The position numbers were made by a program, and so were the translations under genes. From Candidatus Bathyarchaeota archaeon (GTDB taxonomy: Archaea; Thermoproteota; Bathyarchaeia; Bathyarchaeales; Bathycorpusculaceae): a DNA stretch of 64,000 nt. The notes under the pieces were generated by a model. That model was not told where the DNA came from. It ran no database searches and saw nothing but the letters and a program-made list of their open reading frames with translations. Location of the stretch: NCBI GenBank assembly GCA_963767735.1, contig CAVYES010000003.1, positions 66,986-130,985 on the forward strand, read 5' to 3'. Shown one piece after another: positions 18,943 to 29,666 of the stretch (the first letter of the stretch is position 1; every line of letters starts with the position of its first letter).

Positions 18943-21837
18943 TTATTTGTCCCAGAATTCTCTTGTGCGCAAATACTGAATCTTCGCCTTCAGCAAATCC
19001 ATGTAAAACTGGTCTTCCTGCGGATGCATTTTCCCTAAAATCCGCGAAGCCGTTTCAGGACCAACACCTTTCACCTGCAGCGCTCTAACCGCCTGTTTGC
19101 CATAGCTGAGTATCAAGTCGGCTTTGCGTCTGGAGTTGCTTAGTTCTTTGAGTTCTTCAGGGGTAAGCTCTTTGCCTTCACGTCGCTTCTGCAAATCCGC
19201 TTTTAGCTTATCCGCGTCTTGGCTGTGGATAGAGCACAGTCAGCAATCTTGAATTGCAGTTCCCGCATTGCGGCTCATCGGCTAAATCTTTGATGCGAAC
19301 CAGCTTTGTCCAAGTTCCACAGTTCATGCAGAGCAGATTTACCGTTCTGGCTTCAATCGCGTGCTTCATTCTGTCAATGTTGCTTAAAATTACGTGTTCA
19401 GGAGCCATCAACTCCGCCGTGTCGGCGTACTGCATCAAAATGTGATATGCCAGCGGCGATGGTTTTTCGTGGGCGAGTGCAGTTACAGTTATTTTTCCTT
19501 CTTTTATGTCATGCATTATTTGCTTGGTTTTTTGCAGGTCCACTTTATCCATCATGGCTTCTCGCAAAGTCTCATCATAAATCGGCGTTCCTTCGAAAGC
19601 GGCTTTGAGCTTTTCTCCACGCTCAGACATCGCCAATGTTTTTCCTCGGGGCATAGCGCCGAATCTTTCAGCGATAGCCTTCATCCTGCTTACGAACGGA
19701 AATTTAGAATTCACATAATTCAAAAAAGCCTCATCAATGCGGTCGTCGGCTAAATCAAACAGCTCTTTTGGCAGGCCTTTAATCTCTTGTTTAGAGGGTT
19801 TATGAATAGTTTCAATTAAAATGCGGTAGCCGTCGGTCCACCAGCCAGTAATAGCTTCACGTTCCGAGAGAATAGCATCAAATATCCCGCCTAACGTGCG
19901 ATTAACAATCTCGCCAAAACACGCGTGCACAACAATGTATCTGTCCAGCATCTCAATAACAATGCGGTTCTGAGTAGGCAAAGGTACTCCGGTCTTTAGA
20001 TGTTCATCAATTTCCAACGCGGCATCAAGAAGCGTTGCCTTATCAGTCTTCAACTCTGACGCTAACTGCTCCGCTGCAACTTCGGGTTTTTTGCCCTCTT
20101 TGAGCAGTTTACCGATTTTATCTCGCATTTCGCCCGTTTGCTGTGCAAGGTCAAATGGCACTGGAAGGATTTCTCCGTCCCAGCCTGGAACAGCCGCCGA
20201 CGGGTCTTCCGCTGGCACAACATGCACTGTGCCTGTTTCATCGTTAATTTGCACCATTCGCCAAACTTTTCCACGCATAATAAAATGCAATCCAACCCGC
20301 GCGTGCAGGGTCATAAATTCGTCGCCTAAAGTGCCGATTTTTCGGTCGTTTAAAACGTTGATCACGGGGTAACGTTTCTCGTCAGGTATCATCGAGAGGT
20401 TGCTGTAATAGTATTCGCGTGTTCTTCCAGTTTTCTTCAAAACTTTTCCTTCTTGATCCAATCTAAGCTTGTGTAGGCTCTCTAAAAAATATACAACTTC
20501 TTGAAGCTTCTCCAAAGTAAGCGTGCTATACGGGTAAGCTTTCGTGACGATTTGGAAGAGTTCAGTTTGACTCACACTTTCTTTATCCATGAGGATGCCT
20601 GCAACTTGATGAGCCAAAACATCCAAGGCGTTTTTATGCAAAAGCACTGGTTCAAGCCTGCCTAAGTTGGTGTTTTCCACTGCCGCCATTGACTCCAATG
20701 TGTCATCTGGATACGCCGTGACGATTACTCCCTCGGAGAGACGCTCAAGACTATGCCCGCTTCTTCCCACGCGCTGAATTAAACTGCTGACTTGCCGCGG
20801 CGACATATATTGAATAACCAAATCCACATTTCCAATATCTATACCCAGCTCCAGCGTGCTCGTGCAAATGATTGCTTTTATTGTTCGGGAGCTTTGAAAG
20901 CATCTTCCGTCATGACTCGTTCTTCACGTGATAGGGAACCATGATGCACTGCTATGTCCGTGCGGTTGAGCTGGTCGAATCTGTGTCCAAGCAGTTCGGC
21001 GATAGTTCGACTATTGACAAACACTAAAGTTGATTTATGGCTGTCGATTAGTTCGATTAACCTTCGGATTCTCGCTGAGGCTTCAGGCGTGGTTTCAAGT
21101 TTTGCCGCTAACTCAAAGTCTTTTTCAGTCGGAGTCAAATACTCCACGCGGTAACGGTAGCTTTTAGCCAAAACCGCCTGCACAATACTAATTTTTCTGT
21201 TTGTTCCAGCAATGAACCGTGCAACTTCTTCGGGGTTGCCAACGGTGGCTGATAAGCCGATTCTCTGAAACTCTTTACCCGTCACCTCTAAGACTCGTTC
21301 AAGCGCTATTGCAAGTTGCGCCCCACGTTTACTTTCAGCCAAATCATGCACTTCATCAATTATGACGCATTGCACGTTGCTGAGGTGTCGGCGCATTTGG
21401 GAGCCGGGAAGGATGGCCTGCAAAGTTTCAGGCGTAGTCACAAGCATTTGGGGCGGTCTGAGCGCTTGTTTTCTGCGAATTTTCATTTCTGTATCGCCAT
21501 GGCGAACTTCAACAGTTATGTCTAATTGTTCACTCCAGAAAGTTAACCGCTTAAACATGTCACGGTTCAACGCGCGCAGAGGCGTAATGTAAATTACTTG
21601 TATGCCCTTTTGCTCTTGATTTTTCTGTTCAACTAGCCTCGAAAAGACAGGGAGAAGAACTGCTTCAGTTTTTCCAGTGCCCGTCGGCGCGATCAAAAGC
21701 ACATTCTTGCCTTCCAACACTGGGGGAAATGCCAAAGTCTGCGGCAAAGTAGGCTCAGAAAAGCCAAGCTCTTTTAATCCCTTGCGGACAGGTTTAGCGA
21801 GTAATTCGAAAACAGAACTGGAATTTTCAATTTGCAT
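18943..21837 (-). CDS. lhr: Lhr-like DEAD/DEAH helicase split into three ORFs by frameshifts near 20890 and 19220
   Basis: APTGTGKT, DEVH, SAT and HHGSLS. The shifted frame continues IICTSTLELGIDIG and QRVGRSGH, then a C-terminal CxxC...CxxC and HhH (GVGPETA). Confidence 0.88.
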
Positions 21838-22082
21838 TTTCTTAAATAATTACTCGGCAAAAGGATGCTTTAACTGTTTAGCTTAAATTAACCTTATTTG
21901 CCCTAAAATCACGTTTGAATTAGCCTTCTGTTATTCATCCTTATTTTTTTTATCGAATTAACAAAAAGGTAAATTTTGATTCTCAACAAGATTAATATGA
22001 ATTGCAGGCAAAGAAAGATGTAATGAAGAATTGAACTTATGGTTTGTATAAACTGTAGTTATCGATAGGCAAGGGGAATAGA

Positions 22083-22382
22083 ATGAACTTAAAACTTTAT
22101 GCAATTAAAAGGGGCAATCAAAAACTTGCCAGCTCCATACAGCTGGTCGTAGTTGACTTGGATAAAAGTAAACGTTACCCGTTAAACTTTGTCTGTGTTC
22201 TGCCTCAATACCTCCGCTTGCTTGAAAGGCGATCCAGCAACTTTGCTAAAATTTTCGGCAGAAAAAGCCTGCCTGTAGCAAAAGATCTTTTGGTTGAAGC
22301 AAAGCACAGGGAAGACGATCCTGAAATCCAAAAAGTCATAAGTAAAAGGATAAAAGCCATCGACTCGGAACGAACATTCTAG
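22083..22382 (+). CDS. Hypothetical basic protein
   Basis: 99-aa ORF with an ATG start behind a purine-rich leader (ggggaa). No motif recognised. Confidence 0.6.
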   Translation: MNLKLYAIKRGNQKLASSIQLVVVDLDKSKRYPLNFVCVLPQYLRLLERRSSNFAKIFGRKSLPVAKDLLVEAKHREDDPEIQKVISKRIKAIDSERTF

Positions 22383-22500
22383 AAACCAGCAGCCTAAACA
22401 GCGCTGTTACGGAAGGTTTAGCGTTATTTGCTAGCTCTTATGAGAACTTTTTAAATTTAAATTCAGGTCAAGCAACTGTTAGTGATTATTGGATTAAAAT

Positions 22501-23367
22501 ATGGCTTTAGACTTGGGGATTCTCTTCGCTGTCACTGCGATGTTAAGTTGGGGCATAGCGGACTTTCTCGCAAAGAAAGCCATAGATAAAATTGGTTACA
22601 AAACATCTTTAGTTCTAAACCAAGCCGTAGCCTTAGTGCCAGCGGTCATTTTTGCCATCCTGTTCTTCAGAATGCCTTCTTTATCAATCTACTTAATCGG
22701 CATAATAGTGTTGGCGGGTATTTCAGGAGTCTTTGGGTACATTTTTTTGTATAGAGGATTCCAGAAAGGCAACGTCTCTGTTGTGTCTCCGATAACGGCA
22801 AGCTGGTCAGTGGTAACAATTTTGTTAGCATTTTTTCTGTTCGGGGAAACACTAACACCTATTCAAATCATGGGAATCATTGCCGTGCTCATCGGGGTGT
22901 TCTTTGCCTCCACAAATTTTGCCGAACTCAAAACCAGCATCAAACAGGGACGATCAGCTGGGGTTTTGGATGCTCTGATAGCGATGGTTTCTTGGGGAAT
23001 CAGTTATGCCTTGCTTAGACCTATTGTTGCAGCAGTCGGACCCATCTTGGCTCTGCTGTTTCTTAAAGTGCTGGCGGCGGCAACTTTATTTTCGTGGGTA
23101 GGAACCACTAAAACAAAAATTTCTATTCCGCCTAAAATGATTTTTCTATTCATAGCCATGGCGGGGGTGCTGGATTTTTTGGCTTATACAACCTTTAATC
23201 TAAGCCTAAACACGCAACTGGTCTCTATAGTAAGCCCAATTGCAGCATCGGCTCCAGCTGTCACTGTTGTGCTTGCTTACATTTTCTTAAAGGAAAGACT
23301 AGTGAATAACCAGAAACTTGGGATAATAGTGATTTTAGCAGGATTAATTCTTATTTCCTTAACTTAA
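22501..23367 (+). CDS. EamA/DMT-family transporter
   Basis: About 10 hydrophobic helices in two repeats, with GNVSVVSPI and FLKERL motifs. Confidence 0.9.
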   Translation: MALDLGILFAVTAMLSWGIADFLAKKAIDKIGYKTSLVLNQAVALVPAVIFAILFFRMPSLSIYLIGIIVLAGISGVFGYIFLYRGFQKGNVSVVSPITASWSVVTILLAFFLFGETLTPIQIMGIIAVLIGVFFASTNFAELKTSIKQGRSAGVLDALIAMVSWGISYALLRPIVAAVGPILALLFLKVLAAATLFSWVGTTKTKISIPPKMIFLFIAMAGVLDFLAYTTFNLSLNTQLVSIVSPIAASAPAVTVVLAYIFLKERLVNNQKLGIIVILAGLILISLT

Positions 23368-23408
23368 CGTCAAAACGTTCTTCGCTGACTTGAGTGTTTC
23401 TGACAAAT

Positions 23409-24631
23409 TTATTTTCCATGATTTGCTGAAGAGATGAGAAGGGAAATAAGGTAGTCATGTTCCACTGTACCGAAGGCTCCATTTTTTGCCGAGACCTCGT
23501 CAAATTTTTTTACGCCGTCAGGTTTCAGAAACGGCGATTTAATTGCGAAAGGCACAGGCTCCCTTGAATGCGTTCCGAGCTTGATCGGTGTGGGGTGATC
23601 AGGCGATATTGCAATCGCATAGGGCTCCGTTAAGCCGTCAAGGATTCTGCCAAGCAGCCTCTTGTCTAAGTCCTCAATCGTTTTTACTTTTAAGGCATAA
23701 TCTTTGCAGTGTCCCGCTTCATCTGGTGCTTCAACATGAACAAAAACTAAATCATTATTCTCAAGAGCTTTCAGTGCGGCATCGGCTTTGCCTTCATAGT
23801 TAGTGTTATCCAAGCCTGTTGCTCCAGGAACGTTGATGATTTCCATTCCTGCATAAGTGCCGATTCCCTTCACTAAATCAACCGCAGAAATGACTGCTGC
23901 TTTCAAACCGTATTTTTCCTTCAACGTTGGCATGGATGGTTTTTTGCCGCCGCCCCAAGGCCAAATCAGATTACCCGGGTTCTTGCCTGCCTTTTCCCGC
24001 GCGATGTTTACGGGATGAGTCCGCAAAATGCCTCCCGAACGAATAATTAACTCTCTGAGCAATCGTGCTGTTTTTTCTGCTTCTGCCGACTTGGCTTCTG
24101 GCAGCACCTCCGAAAAATTCACTCCTATAGCGTCATGCGGAGGGGTGCATTGAATAAGCTCTGGCTTTGGAAAGTTTCGCAGAATCAGAAAGTGCCTGTA
24201 ATCAAGACCTGGAGTAGAATTCGATTTTGCCTAATTTTCCAAAAGCTTTGTTTATTGATGCTATTAGTTTGCTTGATTCTTCAGTTGTTATGTGACCCGC
24301 GGAATAATCAACGATAACTCCATCTTTCTCTGTTATCAAATTACACCTGTAAGCCGCGTCATTTTCCCCTAGCTTTATTCCTCTTGCAGGAGCTTCAAGT
24401 GGGCCTCTGCCTGTGCAGTACTTTCTCGGATCGTATCCTAAAAGTGAGCATATGGCTGTTTCTGAGCCTGGGTTTAACTCGTCTGGAACGGTTTTGATTA
24501 GACCGCTTTGTCCCTTGGCTAGCTATTGAATCCATATTTGGTTTGTATGCTGCTTGAAGCGGCGTCTTGTTTCCCAATTCAGGAACAGGGTAATCAGCCA
24601 TTCCATCTCCAACAACAAGTATATACTTCAT
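23409..24631 (-). CDS. apgM: Cofactor-independent phosphoglycerate mutase (ApgM type), frameshifted in its 5' third
   Basis: MKYILVVGDGMAD...TPLQAAYKPNMD at the start. HVEAPDEAGH, SPDHPTP and HSREPVP at the end. Intervening pieces (AYRCNLIT, DYSAGHIT) lie in other frames. Confidence 0.88.
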
Positions 24632-24845
24632 TTCAGTCAACCCAAAGTCGTTATTAGTCAGGCCATCGGCTAAACCGAGGTTTGCCTTTTCATTGATTCA
24701 CAAACATATCGCAATGGCATATTTATTTACTCTATCATCAAGCTTCAAACGCATAATGTTTATTTGCTCTTAAAGTATGAATATACTCTCAACTGATCAA
24801 CGGAGTTAGCGGTTAAAAGCATTTTTAACTAAAGAGCCGATTATT

Positions 24846-25443
24846 GTGGAAGAAAGCGGGTACGTCCTTCATATAAACTTTGAAGAAATTAAAGCGGAAT
24901 TAGACAGGTTCCACGACGTAGATGGGGAACTAAAAGGCAACATTACGTCTTTTGTTATTCGGCTAAAAGAGGCGGCCTCTCGCATTGAGCCGACTTTAAA
25001 GAAAGAAACTAATAATGAACGGGAACTTTGGGATGAATACAAAAAGCTGCAAAGAGAAAAACTTGCTGTTCTTAGATTTGTCTCATGAGTGGGACTATCT
25101 TGACCAAAGTGCAAAAGATATTAATCCGAAACTGGATTTTCTGGTTAAAGACGCAATTGAAGAGTTAAACGATCATGTTAGCGTCCTAGCGGAATATCAC
25201 CGTGCCCACATCGACATCTTGGAAATCTACAACACACGCAAAATCGAGTTTTTAGCTCTCATCATTACGGCCGTCGTCTCATACTTAGCAGTGTGGGAAT
25301 TTTTTGTTCGGGATTTACTGGTAAGCATAGTTTTTCCTTATGGATTGAGTCCCAGCTTGAACTATTTGTCAGTGATACTTACATTGCTGCCCGTTTTCGT
25401 AACCGTTATATGGGCTTGGGTTAAACGAGAAACCTACTTTTAG
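24846..25443 (+). CDS. Coiled-coil protein with 2 C-terminal transmembrane helices (CorA-like topology), probably one gene frameshifted near 25085
   Basis: Two overlapping ORFs give a continuous helical protein ending in two hydrophobic segments. No GMN motif. Confidence 0.5.
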
Positions 25444-25559
25444 ACAAAATTCTCTTTTGACACAAACGACACAATCGAGCAACCGATTGTGACTGTTAGC
25501 GTACAGTAACAAACGTATTTAAGAATTAATGGGTCTAACTTTAAAAGGAGATTTTTTAA

Positions 25560-25856
25560 ATGGATGGAATGGAACTTCTTATCATAGGCATAGTTGCAAT
25601 CGTGATTATAATGTGGGGTCCAGGGAAGATTCCGGAGTTTGCTAAAGCATTAGGCAGAGCTAAAGGGGAATTTGAGAAGGCTTCAAAGGACTATACTGTT
25701 TCAACTGCTAATGTTACTGCACCAGCCACTGCAAAAACTAAGGATGAAATTTTAGTTGACACAGCCAAAAGTTTTGGAATATCAACCGATGGCAAGAGCA
25801 GACAGCAGATTTCTGATGAGATATCTTCAAAAGTACAACAATTAGGCTCCGACTAA
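25560..25856 (+). CDS. tatA: Twin-arginine translocase TatA/E subunit
   Basis: N-terminal transmembrane helix followed by WGPGKIPEFAKALGRAKGEFEKA. Confidence 0.9.
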   Translation: MDGMELLIIGIVAIVIIMWGPGKIPEFAKALGRAKGEFEKASKDYTVSTANVTAPATAKTKDEILVDTAKSFGISTDGKSRQQISDEISSKVQQLGSD

Positions 25857-25974
25857 GGGCTTATTTAGCCTGATCAATTCTTGGCTAAAAAATAGGTGAG
25901 ACGCTTAAAATATTATAGCGTCCTTCGCAATGTTGTCACTGGCTTTTTGAGTTGTTTTGTCGCAAAGTTTATAT

Positions 25975-26000
25975 TCCCACGGTGGGATTTTTTGGTGGGA
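25975..26000. promoter_or_regulatory. Palindromic operator candidate upstream of the second AbrB-PIN pair
   Basis: tcccac-g-gtggga dyad plus a further gtggga half-site just upstream of the ATG at 26006. Confidence 0.45.
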
Positions 26001-26005
26001 AAAGA

Positions 26006-26251
26006 ATGAGCACTGAAGAAATAACTGTTGACAGTAAAGGGCGTGTCCTAATACCCAAAGTGGTTCGAGATAAAATGGGGTTACACGCTGGAGGAAAAGC
26101 TCGCCTGAAAATCGAGAAAGAAAACATAGTTATTATGCCTCCGATTTCAGCTGAAGAGTTCATTAAAGAAATGGAGGGCTGCATAAAGGAAGGCACCCCC
26201 AACATGGATCCGCTAAAGCTGAAGAAAATATGGGAACCTGCAGAAAAATAA
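26006..26251 (+). CDS. AbrB/MazE/SpoVT-family antitoxin
   Basis: ITVDSKGRVLIPKVVRDKMGL. Confidence 0.9.
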   Translation: MSTEEITVDSKGRVLIPKVVRDKMGLHAGGKARLKIEKENIVIMPPISAEEFIKEMEGCIKEGTPNMDPLKLKKIWEPAEK

Positions 26252-26263
26252 AAGGGGAGCAAA

Positions 26264-26698
26264 ATGCTGTTCGTGGACTCTAACATATGGTGCTATTATT
26301 TTGATCAGCGCCTTTCTGAACATGCATGTGTCCGCGACGCTATGCGAAAAATCATAAAATCTGAGGAAATTGCTTGCAATACCATTATAGTCATGGAAGT
26401 TGCACATTACCTTGTTAGGCATTTCGAAGAAAAGATCGCCCTCAAGAAACTAGAGTCCTTCGTTAATTTAGGCAACATGCAAATCGCGGACTTCAATCGG
26501 CAAGCATTGGCAGAGACCGTCGATAACCTCCTAGCGTATGCATACGGTGAAGGTTTAGGGGGAAGAGATGCAACAGTAATTACTACCATGAAGTTGCAAA
26601 ACATAAAGAAACTTGTTTCTCATGATGATATCTTCAAGCGTCTAGCAAACAAACTGAAATTGGAAGTCATAGACCCCGCCCAGCCAGCTGAATCATAA
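26264..26698 (+). CDS. vapC: PIN-domain toxin VapC
   Basis: LFVDSNIW, VMEV, GRDATV and SHDDIF. Confidence 0.88.
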   Translation: MLFVDSNIWCYYFDQRLSEHACVRDAMRKIIKSEEIACNTIIVMEVAHYLVRHFEEKIALKKLESFVNLGNMQIADFNRQALAETVDNLLAYAYGEGLGGRDATVITTMKLQNIKKLVSHDDIFKRLANKLKLEVIDPAQPAES

Positions 26699-26791
26699 TA
26701 TTCCCAGTTTTATAGTGCTCTGACTTTGGTTGATTTTAGAAATACGCATACTTAGTATTTTATTCCTAAAATATTTTAAAAAAGGAGCTGT

Positions 26792-27394
26792 CTAAGATTT
26801 GTGGCTGTTTTCTGTTGTGGCTTTTAGGATTTCGTCTGTGGTTCTTAGCAGTCCGATTCTTGGAAAAATGTACTTGAGTGTTGCTTCATGTTCGTCTTTG
26901 CTGTTTGCAGCCATGGCGTCTGTGGCGAAGACTTGGTTGTATCCGCGTTGATATGCGTCTCTGGCAGTTGTCTCCACCCCTATGTTGGTTGAAACTCCGC
27001 ATAGAACAATGTTTTCTATTTTTCTGCGTCTTAGCTGCAAATCAAGTTCGGTTCCGTAAAACGCGCCCCACTGCCTCTTCGCTAAAACTATGTCCTTGCC
27101 TGTGGGCTTTATTTCTTCAACAAAATCTGACCAATCTGCCGGTCTCGGGCCAGAACCCCACTGACTTTGCTGGTCGGTTACGGGATGCAACATGTCTCTT
27201 CCGTCAACGGATGTCACATGAACTAAGAAAACGGGTATTCCGGAGTCTCTGAATTTGGCGACAAGCTTTGAAACGTTTGCGATAACTTGGCTCGCAGTGT
27301 TAGGTTCAAGTTTTCTGTCAAGTGCAAAGATGCCCTTTTGTACATCTATAACAACCAATGCAGTCTTGTTCGAATCTATTTTCAAATCAACCAT
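26792..27394 (-). CDS. Isochorismatase-family cysteine hydrolase (YecD-like)
   Basis: ALVVIDVQKGI, KRQWGAFYGTELD and GVSTNIGVETTAR. Confidence 0.9.
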   Translation of the reverse strand: MVDLKIDSNKTALVVIDVQKGIFALDRKLEPNTASQVIANVSKLVAKFRDSGIPVFLVHVTSVDGRDMLHPVTDQQSQWGSGPRPADWSDFVEEIKPTGKDIVLAKRQWGAFYGTELDLQLRRRKIENIVLCGVSTNIGVETTARDAYQRGYNQVFATDAMAANSKDEHEATLKYIFPRIGLLRTTDEILKATTENSHKS

Positions 27395-27535
27395 ATCAAA
27401 ATCACTACACTGAAGGTGGGAAAAGATTCTTATATGCATTTTTCAATCTGGCCTTCCAGCAGCATGGCAAGATAAGATAATGGTTTTCAAGAACAAAAAC
27501 TGTGAAAAGAGCCTACTGAACTCATTAAAGGAACA

Positions 27536-29173
27536 GAGGCTGTGTGAAAAAGGTCTTTTCGTTGATGGCAGGTGACCGTTAGCCTTAAATCTAGAATAGC
27601 TTTAGAGCTACTGATGAGCCATGAGCGAACATGTAACTGGCCTCAACAGAGACCAAACAGCACTCTTTCCCAACACGCTCGAAGGATACGTGGATAAGGA
27701 AAACCCGGTCAGGTTCATAGACGCCTTCGTAGACAGCCTCAACTTGGAGAAACTCGGCTTCAAACACTCGGTACCAACTGAAGTTGGAAGACCATCATAC
27801 GACCCTGCAGACCTTCTCAAACTCTATGTCTACGGATACCTAAATCAGATCCGTTCAAGCAGAAAGCTGGAACGCGAATGCCAAAGAAACATAGAGGTCA
27901 TGTGGCTCGTGAAAAAACTGGCTCCAGACTTCAAGACCATTGCTGACTTCCGCAAGGACAACATTGACTGCGTGAAAGGCGTCTTCAAAGAATTCGTCAA
28001 GCTATGCATCAGCTTAGATCTATACGGTGCCAAGTGCATAGCAGTGGACGGCACCAAATTCAAAGCCGTAAACTCGCTCGACAAAAACTTCAACCGCAAA
28101 AACTTGGCCTACAGAATGAAAATGATAGACCAGCACGTAACAAAATATCTGGCTGAGATTGAAGAGGAAGACCGCAAAGAGGCACAAGCTGACTCTAAAC
28201 ATGTTGAAGTGCTTCAGGAAAAAGTTCAGAAACTCATGAACCGAAAAGAAGAGTACTCAGAGCTTCTTTCCAAACTCAAAGAGTCCAAGCAGAATGAGGT
28301 ATCCCAGGTCGATCCTGATTGTAGGCTGATGAAGAATAGAGGCAGGATTGAGCCTTGTTATAACGGTCAGGTTGCGGTTGATGATAAGAATCATTTAATT
28401 GTTGATTACAACGTGACGAATGCTCCGGCTGACAATTGCCAGCTCAGTCCTATGGCTATAGGCGCTAAGAAGATGCTCGGAGCAAAAAACCTAGATGCTG
28501 TTGCTGACAAGGGATACTTCAGTTTCGTTCAAATCAAAGACTGCGTGGAAAATGGCATTATTCCTTATGTGCCTGAGCAGAACCGGTATGGCGTTGGTTT
28601 TGTCAAGAGAAAAGGGGTTCCGACTCAAGAATTCCACGTTGATAAGTTCGTTTATGATGTGGGGACGGATACGTTTGTTTGTCCCGGGGGGAATGAGCTT
28701 GTTTTCAGCTATTTAGATCATGCTCATCAAAAGAACATTCGGGTTTACAGGACTGATGCGTGTTTCTCTTGTGAGTTTTTTATGGTGAAGTGTACGTTGA
28801 ATAGGCATGGGCGGACGTTGTGGCGTTGGGAGCATGCTGAGGTTCTGGATGAGATGAGGGCGAGGTTGTTGCGTGAGCCTGAGAAGTTGGCTTTGAGGAA
28901 GAGGCTTGTGGAGCATCCGTTTGGAACTATGAAACGTGCGTTTAATCAGGGTTATTTGCTGCTCAAAGGTCTTAGGAAGGTTGTTGGCGAGGTAGGGTTT
29001 ACTGTGTTGGCTTATAATATGAGGCGGGTTTTGAACATTCTTGGACCAGGATTCACGCGGGTTTTCTGATCAGGACGAGGAAGAAAAGAAATAGAAAGGC
29101 AAAATAATCTAGCCATGGCAAGATTGTAAGATCCCAAACACTCAAGGCAAACTACTAATTTTCACACGGTCTC
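27536..29173 (+). mobile_element. Complete IS1182-family insertion sequence
   Basis: Left IR gaggctgtgtgaaaa (27536-27550) and right IR ttttcacacggtctc (29159-29173) match 13/15. A 4-bp target duplication aaca lies at 27532-27535 and 29174-29177. Confidence 0.93.
27621..29069 (+). CDS. IS1182-family DDE transposase
   Basis: GRPSYDP...LKLYVYGYLNQIRSSRKLE, PDFKTIADFRK, VDGTK, ADKGY and VEHPFGTMK. Confidence 0.95.
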   Translation: MSEHVTGLNRDQTALFPNTLEGYVDKENPVRFIDAFVDSLNLEKLGFKHSVPTEVGRPSYDPADLLKLYVYGYLNQIRSSRKLERECQRNIEVMWLVKKLAPDFKTIADFRKDNIDCVKGVFKEFVKLCISLDLYGAKCIAVDGTKFKAVNSLDKNFNRKNLAYRMKMIDQHVTKYLAEIEEEDRKEAQADSKHVEVLQEKVQKLMNRKEEYSELLSKLKESKQNEVSQVDPDCRLMKNRGRIEPCYNGQVAVDDKNHLIVDYNVTNAPADNCQLSPMAIGAKKMLGAKNLDAVADKGYFSFVQIKDCVENGIIPYVPEQNRYGVGFVKRKGVPTQEFHVDKFVYDVGTDTFVCPGGNELVFSYLDHAHQKNIRVYRTDACFSCEFFMVKCTLNRHGRTLWRWEHAEVLDEMRARLLREPEKLALRKRLVEHPFGTMKRAFNQGYLLLKGLRKVVGEVGFTVLAYNMRRVLNILGPGFTRVF

Positions 29174-29177
29174 AACA

Positions 29178-29316
29178 GCCATGCGCGCTAAAATGACTCT
29201 TTGTGTTAACGGCAAGCAAACAACATCCACCTAGGATATTTTAGGATATTTTAATAGGCAACCTGCAAACGATTTAGGTTTTGCTTCAAAAAAGCAACCC
29301 AAACCAGCCTGAACAG
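29178..29316 (-). repeat. Leader-array-MPLT element, copy C, truncated at the IS1182 insertion
   Basis: 59-bp leader at 29258-29316 is colinear with 55507-55565. Two 10-bp units aaaatatcct follow, then TTG-CCG-TTA-ACA-CAA-AGA-GTC (MPLTQRV) from 29215. Confidence 0.75.
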
Positions 29317-29503
29317 AAATGGCAACACCACTGTTGTTGTTCTATCAGACAAAGAAACTCAATAAAAGCAGTCACCAACGCCAAAAAACAACAAGCCAAA
29401 CATCCCAAACTATCGCGGCGCGCTGGAAATTGATATCTTCACAAAATATTTGGAAAACGCAAATAAGTTGGTGCGATGTCCTATAATTTCGGACGATGAG
29501 AAA

Positions 29504-29637
29504 ATCGAGGTACGATGAAGCTGAAAGCGGGGAAAATTAAGCTGGAGGCTTGTGAAGTCTTTTTCCGCTATTGAGTCCACAACCAAAAGATTTGGTCATT
29601 ATATTTTGAGGATATCGAGGTACAACGAAGTCGGAAG
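29504..29637 (+). repeat. ~110-bp repeat, 1.5 tandem copies on the left of the HEPN-like gene
   Basis: 29504-29579 matches 31531-31605 and 29585-29637 matches 31502-31554. The atcgaggtac core recurs at 29504, 29614 and 31531. Confidence 0.88.
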
Positions 29638-29666
29638 GTAGTAAGTAGCGATAAACGATTTCGGTC

